Below the pieces are notes generated by a model. It searched no databases, was not told where the DNA came from, and saw only the letters and a list, made by a program, of their open reading frames with translations. A program made the translations under genes and the position numbers. From Actinomycetota bacterium (GTDB lineage: Bacteria; Actinomycetota; Acidimicrobiia; Acidimicrobiales; JACCXE01), in the NCBI GenBank assembly GCA_048498715.1, contig JBEHXL010000013.1, forward strand, positions 490 to 64,489: a stretch of DNA of 64,000 nt, given 5' to 3'. Shown here piece after piece: positions 19,693 to 28,338 of this stretch; the first letter of the stretch is position 1, and each line of letters begins with the position of its first letter.

Positions 19693-20006
19693 GCAAGGTC
19701 CGTCTGGGCGCGTTCGAGGAGTTCGCCGACGAGAAGGCACAGCGCATCGACATCGAGGGTCATCGCCTCGCGCTCGTACGTATTGGCGAGAAGATCTACG
19801 TGATCGGCGACGAGTGCTCGCACGCCGACTACTCGCTCAGCGAGGGCGAGCTCTATGCGAGCGAGTGCGAGATCGAGTGCCCGAAGCACGGCTCCACGTT
19901 CGACCTGCGCAACGGCGAACCGCAGTGCCTGCCGGCGACGGGCCCCGTGCCGACCTACGAGGTCACGATCGAAGACGGCGACGTGTTCGTGGAGTTGGGC
20001 GCATGA
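19689..20006 (+). CDS. Rieske-type ferredoxin
   Basis: CSH...CPKHGSTFD Rieske ligands. Confidence 0.92.
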   Translation: MSKVRLGAFEEFADEKAQRIDIEGHRLALVRIGEKIYVIGDECSHADYSLSEGELYASECEIECPKHGSTFDLRNGEPQCLPATGPVPTYEVTIEDGDVFVELGA

Positions 20007-20788
20007 GTGTGTTGAAGATCGAAGGCCTCTGCGCGCGTGTGCAGGGCAAGGAGATCCTCAAGGGCATCGACCTCGAAGTCGAAAGCGGCCACGTCCACGC
20101 GGTCATGGGCCCGAACGGGTCCGGCAAATCGACGCTGAGTCATGTGATCGCCGGCCGTCCCGGCTACGAGGTGACCAGCGGCTCCGTGACGATCGACGGC
20201 GAAGACCTGCTCGGCATGCGGGCGTACGAACGGGCACAGAAGGGCCTGTTCCTCGCCATGCAGTATCCGATCGAGGTGCCCGGTGTGTCGGTGACCGACG
20301 CGCTGACCGAGGCTTTCCGCGCAAGTGGCCGCGACGTCTCGCAGGTGCCTGCCCTCATCGCCGCGGAGGCCGGTCGCATCAGCTTCGACGAGCGCTTCAT
20401 CGAGCGGCCGCTCAACGTCGACCTGTCCGGCGGCGAGAAGAAGCGCAATGAGACGATGCAGCTCAGCGTGCTGCGCCCGAAGTTCGCGATCCTCGACGAG
20501 ATCGACTCGGGCCTCGACGTCGACGCGCTGCGCGACGTCGCCCGTCGCATCGAAGCGGCCACGACGGAGGACAACCTCGGCGTGCTCGCCATCACCCACT
20601 ATCAGCGGTTGCTGACCGAGCTGCGCCCCGACGTCGTGCACGTCCTCGCCGGCGGTCGCATCGTCACCAGTGGTGGTCCCGATCTGGCCGAGCAACTCGA
20701 AGAGACGGGTTACGCGGGCTACATCGAAGAGCCGGCCACGCCGGCCGCCGTGGCGGAGGAAGATCCCTTCGCCGACCCGTTCGCCTAA
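20003..20788 (+). CDS. sufC: Fe-S cluster assembly ATPase SufC (copy 1)
   Basis: MGPNGSGKSTL, QYPIEVPG, SGGEKKRNE, LDEIDSGLDVDA, ITHYQR. Confidence 0.93.
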   Translation: MSVLKIEGLCARVQGKEILKGIDLEVESGHVHAVMGPNGSGKSTLSHVIAGRPGYEVTSGSVTIDGEDLLGMRAYERAQKGLFLAMQYPIEVPGVSVTDALTEAFRASGRDVSQVPALIAAEAGRISFDERFIERPLNVDLSGGEKKRNETMQLSVLRPKFAILDEIDSGLDVDALRDVARRIEAATTEDNLGVLAITHYQRLLTELRPDVVHVLAGGRIVTSGGPDLAEQLEETGYAGYIEEPATPAAVAEEDPFADPFA

Positions 20789-21747
20789 GGAACGGTCGTC
20801 GGTTCCGGCGTCGTCGTCGACGTCGTGGTGGTGGTGCTGGGCGGGTTGAAGATGCCGCCCTTCGTGGTGGTCGTCGTGGCCGGAACCGTCGTCACTGTCG
20901 TCGTCGGAGCACCACCGGTGCCCGCAGTTCCGTCCGGGGCCGTCTCGTTGAACGGTACGGCGGCCTTCGCCCCACCGATCACGTAGACCGGCATGCCGTT
21001 GGGGACGAGCGACGGGAAGTACGTCGACACGTACATCGGGATGCGAACGCAGCCGTGTGACGCCGGGTACGCCGGAACGCTCGGGGCGCCGTGGATCGCG
21101 ATGCCGCCGTTGAAGTACAGCGGGTTCCAGAGCTTGCCGAGCTTGCTGACCCGAATGCCGTTGCGGCGGAAGAACACCTTGAACGAACCGCCGGGCGTGA
21201 CCGCGGTGGCGCATTCGCCCTCGACGCAGTAGCGCTTGCCGCTACCCGTCGACACGTCGATGACCTTGGTCAGCGCGCCGCCCTTGTAGAGCTGCAGCAC
21301 CTGTTTGGGCAGGCTGACCTCGATGCGGTCTGCGCCACCGGCGGGCAGCATCGCCTCCGGCTGGCCGACCTGGCCGATCAGGTTCAACACGTTGTCCGTC
21401 GCCCGGCCGGTGCGGGGCAGGCCGTGCACCTTCTGGAACGCCATCACGGCGTGGTACGTCGAGGAGTCGAAGTACCCGTCGACCTTCCCCGGGTCGTACT
21501 TCTGCGCGGCGAGGCGCGTCTCGAGTTCTTGGACCTCGGGACCGTGCGAGCCGGTGCCGAGCCCCGCCGGTGCGGTGATCGGTGGCAGCGTCGTCGTGGT
21601 GCTCGTGGTCGTCGAAGTCGACGTCGTAGTGGTCTTGTGAACCGCCACCGGCGTCGCTGTCTTGTCTCCGCCGGAACTACAGGCAGTGGCGGAAACCATC
21701 ACTGCGAGCGCGGCAAGAGCTGTTTGGGGAAGTGCCCGGACCCTCAT
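20785..21747 (-). CDS. L,D-transpeptidase lipoprotein with peptidoglycan-binding domain
   Basis: Lipobox TAC, Thr linker, PG_binding_1 (AVMAFQKVHGL), GIAIHG...PASHGCVR catalytic motif. Confidence 0.9.
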   Translation of the reverse strand: MRVRALPQTALAALAVMVSATACSSGGDKTATPVAVHKTTTTSTSTTTSTTTTLPPITAPAGLGTGSHGPEVQELETRLAAQKYDPGKVDGYFDSSTYHAVMAFQKVHGLPRTGRATDNVLNLIGQVGQPEAMLPAGGADRIEVSLPKQVLQLYKGGALTKVIDVSTGSGKRYCVEGECATAVTPGGSFKVFFRRNGIRVSKLGKLWNPLYFNGGIAIHGAPSVPAYPASHGCVRIPMYVSTYFPSLVPNGMPVYVIGGAKAAVPFNETAPDGTAGTGGAPTTTVTTVPATTTTTKGGIFNPPSTTTTTSTTTPEPTTVP

Positions 21748-21775
21748 GGCGAGGCGAAGTTTGTCACACACAGGG

Positions 21776-21831
21776 TCATCCACAGGTATCACCCAGGGAT
21801 GACGGGCTTTCCGTCAACAGCCTGTGGAAAA
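21776..21831. promoter_or_regulatory. Inverted pair of DnaA-box-like 9-mers upstream of the L,D-transpeptidase
   Basis: TCATCCACA (21776-21784) and TGTGGAAAA (21823-21831), each 1 mismatch from TTATCCACA. Confidence 0.4.
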
Positions 21832-23093
21832 CCCAACTGCTCTGGATCGACGCCCAATTCGGCCGGATCGGCCAACGCGGAGAGTGACTGCGGGCGTCGA
21901 ATTCGCCAGATTCCGAGGGCGGCCAGCATCAACGAGGCGGTCCCGGAAACGGTCGCGGCGAAGCCGGCGCGGTCGATGATCCAGCCCTGGATGAGGCCGC
22001 CGATCGGATAGATCGAGCCGAGCGCGACGAGGTAGAGGCTGAGGATGCGGCCCCGGAATTGCTGCGGCGCCCACAGCTGCACGATGGTGTTCGCGCCCGA
22101 CAGGATGCCGATGTAGATCATCCCGACGAGGCCCAGTGCCCCGACCGCGGCCCACGTCGACGTGACGTTCGCGTAGAGCATCAGCACGAACGGCAGCCCC
22201 GTGAGGTTGATCATCAGCATGCGGTGACGGCCGAAGCGGTAGGCGAGCGGCGTGATCAGCAGCGCGCCGATCGTGGCGCCGACGCCCTGCGCGGTTGTGA
22301 GGTAGCCGGTGATCTGGCCGACGGCGCGCGTCGACCCGTCGCTCAGCAGATAGGCCCGGGCGGGGATCAGCGCGATGAACGGCGACAGCAGCAGGGCGAC
22401 GATGGCGATCATCGTGATCGCGGCCCGCGCGCCCGGGTTGTCACGCGCGGCGCGAGCCCCGATGCGGATGCGTTCGAACAGCGGCGTGTTGTCGGTCGAC
22501 GGCGTGTGCGTGACGCGGAGCAGAACCATCGCGGCGACGACCGCGAAGAAGCTGATCGCGTTCAGCGTGAAGGCCCACTGGTAGCCCCACAACGCGATGA
22601 CGGCTCCCGCGAGCGTGGGACCGAAGACGCGGCCGAGGTTGTATTGCGCGGATCCGAGGCCCGCGGCTGCGAGCAGTTCTTCCCGAGGGATCAGATCGAG
22701 GGTCATGGCCTGGAGACAAGGCAGCGAGATCGCGACGAGACAGCCGGAAAAGAACACGACGAGGGCGACGTTCCACGGCTCGGCCCGATGGGTGAACGCC
22801 AGCCACGCAAGGATGCTCGCCATCGTGGCGTCGCCGAGATTGGTGCACAGCACGAACTTGCGCCGATCGAGGCGGTCGGCGAGAGCGCCACCGATGGGCG
22901 ACAACAAGCCGATCGGCAGGAAGGCGGCCGCGGCGACGAGCCCGGCCCATCCCGCTTGCCCGGTCTTCGCGGTGACGAACGCGCCGACGGCAACGGTCTG
23001 CATCCAGCTGCCGGCGTTCGAGATCACGCCCCCGGACCAGACCAACGCGAAGTTGCGATACCGCAACGGTCGCAACGACGAGGGCAGCGGCAC
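21789..23093 (-). CDS. MFS transporter (MFS_3/EntS-like)
   Basis: GGALADRLDRR motif A, NLGRVFGP, RGRILSLY; multiple TM helices. Confidence 0.88.
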   Translation of the reverse strand: MPLPSSLRPLRYRNFALVWSGGVISNAGSWMQTVAVGAFVTAKTGQAGWAGLVAAAAFLPIGLLSPIGGALADRLDRRKFVLCTNLGDATMASILAWLAFTHRAEPWNVALVVFFSGCLVAISLPCLQAMTLDLIPREELLAAAGLGSAQYNLGRVFGPTLAGAVIALWGYQWAFTLNAISFFAVVAAMVLLRVTHTPSTDNTPLFERIRIGARAARDNPGARAAITMIAIVALLLSPFIALIPARAYLLSDGSTRAVGQITGYLTTAQGVGATIGALLITPLAYRFGRHRMLMINLTGLPFVLMLYANVTSTWAAVGALGLVGMIYIGILSGANTIVQLWAPQQFRGRILSLYLVALGSIYPIGGLIQGWIIDRAGFAATVSGTASLMLAALGIWRIRRPQSLSALADPAELGVDPEQLGFPQAVDGKPVIPG

Positions 23094-23193
23094 GACGGCG
23101 ATTCTACGAAGCAAGGTGCGCGTCAGAAGACAGTGACGAGCGCGCAACTGTCATGTACGCGACAGGAAATTTCGGGCGGCGACGCTGCTCGCT

Positions 23194-24735
23194 ATGGACT
23201 GGGGAAAACGAATTGGACTGGGTATCGCCGCGCTTGGGCTGTCGGCGGGAGTGGTGGTGCCGAGTGCCCACGCCGACACCGGCATGGCGCTCAAGCTCGG
23301 CCAGGCGGTGTTCTGGACGGGGCCGCACATCGCGAGCGCGTCAGTCAGCAACAGCGCCGCGTGCACGCCGGCGACGTGTCCGACATATCCGTTGACGCTC
23401 GCCGCGGGTGGGGCGCGGCTACGCGTCGCGATCGATCATCCGAGCCGCGAGAACTCCTTCACAGTCGAGGTGCTCGACCCGAAGGGCGAAGTCGCTGGTT
23501 CGCTGCAGACGAGCAACCAGTTCGCCGGTGAAGTGCTGATTCCGAAGCCGGCGGCGGGCGCCTGGTCGGTGCGCGTCGTGCCGACCGATGTGACCGATTC
23601 CGGCTTCCGGTTGCGGGCCAAGCTCGAGCGGGTCGTGCCGAAGATGCCGGCGGGCAAGGTGCCGATGCTGCCGAACCTGCGCACCGTGCCGCCCTACGAG
23701 TTCGGTTTCATCGCACCGGCGAACCCGCTCAATGCGGTGTACCCGCCCGACACCGTGAACCCACCGCTCGACGTCGCCGGCGTACACCCGCTGAGTTGCG
23801 CGGCCGACGAGATGGCGCCGGTCGCCGCCGGTGGCGGCGGTGCAACGAAGTGCCTGCGGCTGACGAGTGGTCCCATGAACATCGGTCACGGCGCGTTCGA
23901 GATCCTCCTCGACTTCGCGTCGGATACGGCGACCGGCAAGGTCGACCCGACTCTGCTGCAGGGTCCTGCGCGTCAGGTCATCCACTACTCCGACGGCAGC
24001 GTGAGCGAGCGTCCGGCGGGCACCTATTCGTTCCACAAGACCCACGCGCATTTCCACACGGATCAGATCCTCACGTACGAGCTGTTCTCGGTCGCCGACC
24101 CGAACACGGGCGGGCTCCAGCCCGCGGGGGTCGGCACGAAGTCCGGCTTTTGCCCCGCGGATCAGCTCTTCGGCGACTGGCACAGCTTCGGTCAGATGCT
24201 GCCAGGCAGCTTCGGCCAGGGTGACTCGGCGACGGGCGGCAGCTGCTTCTCGCCCGAAGGCGGCCGCATCGGTCTGAGCACGGGCTGGGGCGACGTGTAC
24301 CGCTGGCAGCGTCCGGGCCAGTACGTGGAGTTCGGCGGCCAGCCCGACGGCGTGTACGTGGTTCGTACCACCGCCGACATCTACGACCACGTCCTCGAGG
24401 AGAACGAAGACGACAACGCGTCCTACGCGCTCATCAAGGTGACCGGCGAGAAGGTCGAGATCCTGGAACGAGGCTGGGGTACGGATCCGTGGGACACGCA
24501 CAAGGTCGTCTTCCACGGCCTCGGGCCCTCGGCCCAGGAACTTGGTGGGCCGACTACCTACATCGACGAGGCGGCGGCCACGCCGGCGGTTCCCGTCGGC
24601 TCCAGGGTGGCGGACCTGACGATCGAGAACGGCACGCTGCCCCGTACCGGAGCGACGAACCAGACACTGGCCGGCGCGCTCGCCGCGCTCAGCCTGCTGG
24701 GACTGGCGCTGCGACGGCGGTTGCTCGCCCACTGA
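23194..24735 (+). CDS. Secreted lysyl-oxidase-like protein with LPXTG sortase anchor
   Basis: Signal peptide (AHA), FHKTHAHFH Cu motif, KSGFC, GWGDVY, EENEDDN; LPRTG at 24637-24651 plus TM helix and RRR. Confidence 0.75.
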   Translation: MDWGKRIGLGIAALGLSAGVVVPSAHADTGMALKLGQAVFWTGPHIASASVSNSAACTPATCPTYPLTLAAGGARLRVAIDHPSRENSFTVEVLDPKGEVAGSLQTSNQFAGEVLIPKPAAGAWSVRVVPTDVTDSGFRLRAKLERVVPKMPAGKVPMLPNLRTVPPYEFGFIAPANPLNAVYPPDTVNPPLDVAGVHPLSCAADEMAPVAAGGGGATKCLRLTSGPMNIGHGAFEILLDFASDTATGKVDPTLLQGPARQVIHYSDGSVSERPAGTYSFHKTHAHFHTDQILTYELFSVADPNTGGLQPAGVGTKSGFCPADQLFGDWHSFGQMLPGSFGQGDSATGGSCFSPEGGRIGLSTGWGDVYRWQRPGQYVEFGGQPDGVYVVRTTADIYDHVLEENEDDNASYALIKVTGEKVEILERGWGTDPWDTHKVVFHGLGPSAQELGGPTTYIDEAAATPAVPVGSRVADLTIENGTLPRTGATNQTLAGALAALSLLGLALRRRLLAH

Positions 24736-26074
24736 CCACGGCGCCGAACAAGGCGACGGCGATCATCAGGCCGAACGTGACGGTGAGCGCGCTATGGGGC
24801 GAATGCGCGCTCGCCGTCGCGACGGCCACGATCGCGCCGGCGACGCCGGTGCCGGTGGCCGTGCCAAGCGTGTCGAAGATCTGACGGGCCGCGACCGTGG
24901 ACCCTGCTGGCGCGCTCGCTTCGTCCTCGTCGGCGTCGCCACCGCCGATGACCACGAGGGCGAGACTTTGATAGCCGAGGCCCATGCCGAGGCCGGCGAC
25001 AATCCACGCGGCGGGAAAGATCACGATCGGCACGCTGCGGTCGAGGCCGATCAGCACGAGCGCGTTCGCCGCCGCCACCAGCAGAAAGCCGACGCGCACG
25101 CGCAGCGCGGCCGAAACCCGGCTGCTCAGACGGGCCGTGATCCACGCGCCGGCCGTCCACGACAACGCGCCCATCGTGAGGGCAAGTCCGGCAAAGCCAA
25201 CGGCGCGATGACGAACGCGCGTCACGGCGAGCGGCAAGAAGGCGTCCACCGAGAAGAACGCGAAGTTGATGACGGCGTTGAGTGCGATCGCGGCGGGTGC
25301 GCCGCGTTCGAGGCGCAGCGTGCGCGGTGGACTCAGCCGGATGAGCGGCGGTGCGGCGATCGCAAGACCGACGAGGGTGAACCCGAGTGGCCACACGTCG
25401 TGGGCGTTCGACAGTCCTCCGATCACGAACGCGAACCCGATGGCAACGAGCAACGCATCGCTGGTCCGTCGCCCCTTCGCGTGCTCGATGGACTCATCGG
25501 TCGGCCCGAACGGCTTCAGCGCGGGCAGCGTGAGGATGGCCGCAGCGCCGACGAGTGGGATGAGGCCGCCGAACACCCAGCGCCAACCCAGCGTTGTCGT
25601 CACCAGCGCTGAAAGTCCGGGTCCGACGAGGCCGGGCACGACCCACGAGCTCGACATCACCGCGAGCATCGCGGCGCGCAGCCGTGGGGGATAGGCCTTG
25701 CCGATCGCGACATTGGCGACCGACGACACCGCGCCCGCGCCGAGGCCCTGCACGATGCGGCCGCCGACGAGAACGTGCATCGACGGCGCGGAGCCGCAGA
25801 TGACGAGCCCCACGCAGAACAGCGGCGCGCCGGCCAGCAACACCGGATGGAGCCCACGTTGGTCGATCGCCCGACCCGAAACGGCGATCGAGGCGACCAT
25901 CGCCAGCATGAAGCCGGCGAACACCCATCCGTAGAGGCCGAGCCCGCCGAGTTCCTTCGCCGCTTCGGGCAATGCCGTGTTGACCGCAAGGGCCTCGAAC
26001 GCGACGAGCGTGACGAGCAGAACGAGGCCGATGGTCATCGCGCGGCGCGACGGACTCCAAAGCCCGTCGCTCAC
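24689..26074 (-). CDS. MFS transporter (drug:H+ antiporter-like)
   Basis: GRIVQGLGAG, PGLVGP, GWRWVF motifs. Confidence 0.88.
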   Translation of the reverse strand: MSDGLWSPSRRAMTIGLVLLVTLVAFEALAVNTALPEAAKELGGLGLYGWVFAGFMLAMVASIAVSGRAIDQRGLHPVLLAGAPLFCVGLVICGSAPSMHVLVGGRIVQGLGAGAVSSVANVAIGKAYPPRLRAAMLAVMSSSWVVPGLVGPGLSALVTTTLGWRWVFGGLIPLVGAAAILTLPALKPFGPTDESIEHAKGRRTSDALLVAIGFAFVIGGLSNAHDVWPLGFTLVGLAIAAPPLIRLSPPRTLRLERGAPAAIALNAVINFAFFSVDAFLPLAVTRVRHRAVGFAGLALTMGALSWTAGAWITARLSSRVSAALRVRVGFLLVAAANALVLIGLDRSVPIVIFPAAWIVAGLGMGLGYQSLALVVIGGGDADEDEASAPAGSTVAARQIFDTLGTATGTGVAGAIVAVATASAHSPHSALTVTFGLMIAVALFGAVVSGRATAVAAPVPAG

Positions 26075-26080
26075 GCGTTA

Positions 26081-26272
26081 CTAACCCTCGATGCTGATTG
26101 CGCCGGTCGGGCAGCGCTCGGCTGCCTCCTCGACCTCGGCGCGCTGTGCTTCAGAGGGATTCTCGTTCAGCACGTAGAGGTAGCCGTCATCGCGGACCTC
26201 GAAAACCTTGGGGGCCACTTCCATGCAGACCGCATTGGACTGGCAGATATCGAAATCAACAACGACCTTCAT
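26081..26272 (-). CDS. Ferredoxin (3Fe-4S type)
   Basis: CQSNAVC...CPTGAI. Confidence 0.9.
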   Translation of the reverse strand: MKVVVDFDICQSNAVCMEVAPKVFEVRDDGYLYVLNENPSEAQRAEVEEAAERCPTGAISIEG

Positions 26273-27012
26273 CGGGCCACCATCCCTCCGTCGACGACGA
26301 ACTCAGAACCCGTGGAGTATGCCGACTCATCCGACGCCAGATAGAGCGCGAGGTTGGCGACGGACTCGGGACCTGTCTCCTTGCCCATGGGAATCGAGTC
26401 ACGCAGCGACTCGCGCACGCCCCACTGGTCGAACTCCGCGAGCATCGGCGTGTCGATGATGCCCGGGTGGATCGAATTCACGCGCACCCCGAAAGCGGCG
26501 TACTCGTTCGCCGCGCACTTGGTCATGCCCCGCACGGCCCACTTCGACGCGCTGTAGGCAATCGTGCCCGCGGTGCCCTTGAGGCCGGCGACGGAGCTGA
26601 TGTTGATGATCGAGCCGCGCTGGTTCTCACACATCACGGGACCGACGGTCTTGATCCCGAGGAACACGCCGGTCGTGTTGATGTTCTGCACGCGCTCGAA
26701 CTCTTCGACCGAGGTCATCGCGATCGGGCGGATGATGAAGATGCCGGCGTTGTTGATCAACGTGTCCGGTGCCCCGAACTCGTCGATCGTGAACTGCAAC
26801 GCGTTCTGCCAGTCCTCTTCGACCGTGACGTCGAGGTGCACGTAGCGGCAGGCCTCGCCGAGACGCTCGGCCGTCGCCTTGCCCTCGTCGTCGAGCACGT
26901 CGCCGATCACGACGCGCGCACCTTCACTGATGAACAGTTCGGCCTCGGTTGCACCCTGGCCGCGGGCGCCGCCCGAGATCAGGGCAACCTTGCCCTCCAG
27001 CCGTCCCCCCAT
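26269..27012 (-). CDS. SDR oxidoreductase (3-alpha/20-beta-hydroxysteroid dehydrogenase-like)
   Basis: SGGARGQG, NNAG, YSASK, RVNSIHPG. Confidence 0.9.
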   Translation of the reverse strand: MGGRLEGKVALISGGARGQGATEAELFISEGARVVIGDVLDDEGKATAERLGEACRYVHLDVTVEEDWQNALQFTIDEFGAPDTLINNAGIFIIRPIAMTSVEEFERVQNINTTGVFLGIKTVGPVMCENQRGSIINISSVAGLKGTAGTIAYSASKWAVRGMTKCAANEYAAFGVRVNSIHPGIIDTPMLAEFDQWGVRESLRDSIPMGKETGPESVANLALYLASDESAYSTGSEFVVDGGMVAR

Positions 27013-27024
27013 AGGACTGTCTCC

Positions 27025-27252
27025 TTAAATCGAAGTGATGTGGCGGCCGTCGAGGTGGCCGAGTTCCTGGCCGTTCTCGAACAGGATGCGGTATCGGCGC
27101 CAGTTCATGCCGTTGGCGACCAGCACTTTGCCCTTGGTGCCCGACGGGACCCCCGGCAGATCGGTGATCGCCTCGACCTTGTCGTGCATCTTCAGCATCA
27201 GACCCGTGAGGTCCTCAGTCGCGTACTTGTGCGGTGCGTATTCCCGTGCCAC
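27025..27252 (-). CDS. Small hypothetical protein (possible SH3/KOW-like beta barrel)
   Basis: GTG 7 nt after TAGAGT -10; GC3-rich codons; DLPGVPSGTKGKV...WRRYRILFENG. Confidence 0.7.
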   Translation of the reverse strand: MAREYAPHKYATEDLTGLMLKMHDKVEAITDLPGVPSGTKGKVLVANGMNWRRYRILFENGQELGHLDGRHITSI

Positions 27253-27297
27253 AGACGTGACTCTACGGGATGACGCCCGAAGCGACGTAGCTCTGGC

Positions 27298-27817
27298 TCG
27301 TTTCACCGCGATTGGAGCGACAAGCGACAAGCGACAAGCGACAAGCGACAAGCCACAAGCGACAAGAGACAGAGACTGCCGCCGAATCCACCCTTCCTGC
27401 CGCGGATAGGACAGCTACCTGCGCTGGTGCGGCCGGTACCTCCGTTGGTGCCATCGGCGGGGGCCCTCCCTGTCCGCCGCGGTGAGAGCGACAAGCGACA
27501 TTCGCGTCGCCGTACTCCCTTGTCGCTTGTCGCTTGTCTCTTGTCGCTGAGAGCGCGCAATTGAACGTCGCTTTGGCACGTTGATCTCGGCAGATGGCAC
27601 TGAGCCGATAGCACTGAGCCGATAGCACTGAGCCGATAGCACTGAGCCGATAGCACTGCGCCGATAGCACTGAGCCGATAGCAGCTGGACCTTGCCGATG
27701 CCGGTGCGGTGGGATGGCGGACGGTCGATACGCCCGTTTGACTCGAGGAACGTCGCTTGTCGCTTGTCGCTTGTCGCTTGTCGCTTGTCGCTTGTCGCTT
27801 CAACCGCGGTGGAACGA
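27298..27817. repeat. Composite fold-back repeat element: terminal inverted arms made of AGCGACA/TGTCGCT heptamer arrays, an inner heptamer pair and a 14-bp tandem array
   Basis: AGCGACA x8 (27316-27371), x2 (27487-27500); TGTCGCT x4 (27521-27548), x7 (27751-27799); GCACTGAGCCGATA x6 (27597-27680); unique flanks also inverted. Confidence 0.9.
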
Positions 27818-27852
27818 CGGGTGCGGCTACAGGGGGCCAGGGCGGCGAACGG

Positions 27853-28326
27853 CTAAACCCCGGCCTCGTCGAGGGCCTGGGTCAGGGTGTTCCAGCTCAG
27901 CGTCGCGCACTTGATGCGGACGGGGAACTTCACGACGCCCTGCAGGGCCTCGAGGTCACCGAGCTTCACCGAAGGGTCGACTGCTTCGATCTCTTCCTCG
28001 ACCTCGCCGCCGAGCGACGTTTCGTGAATCGACATCATCGCCTTGAACGCCTTCACCAGCGTCCTGACTTCGTCGACGGTCTTGCCCTTGATCGCCGCCG
28101 ACATCATCGACGCCGACGACTGGCTGATCGAGCAGCCCTGACCGCCGATCTTCACGTCGGTGACGGTGTCGCCATCGACGAGCAAATACAGCACGATCTC
28201 GTCGCCGCACAGTGGGTTGTAGCCCTCGACTTTGGTCGCAGGCGGCGTTTCCAGTTCGCCCTTGTTACGCGGCGAGCGGTAGTGATCGAGGATGATCTCG
28301 CGGTAGAGGTCTTCAAGGCCGGCCAT
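27853..28326 (-). CDS. sufU: SUF system scaffold/sulfur-transfer protein SufU (NifU family)
   Basis: LYREIILDHY, NPLCGD, GCSISQ, RIKCA. Confidence 0.93.
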   Translation of the reverse strand: MAGLEDLYREIILDHYRSPRNKGELETPPATKVEGYNPLCGDEIVLYLLVDGDTVTDVKIGGQGCSISQSSASMMSAAIKGKTVDEVRTLVKAFKAMMSIHETSLGGEVEEEIEAVDPSVKLGDLEALQGVVKFPVRIKCATLSWNTLTQALDEAGV

Positions 28327-28338
28327 GGCGTTCTCTTC

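Noticed and set aside
21764-21831. oriC
   Set aside because: Only two or three degenerate boxes, no AT-rich DUE, no dnaA/dnaN context.
27316-27799. CRISPR array
   Set aside because: Units are 7 or 14 bp and directly tandem, with no unique spacers and no cas genes.
27263-27914. Repeat-peptide ORFs (RQATSDK, LSLVACR, LSAQCYR)
   Set aside because: Heptamer arrays stay open in several frames on both strands; no start signals or typical codon usage.
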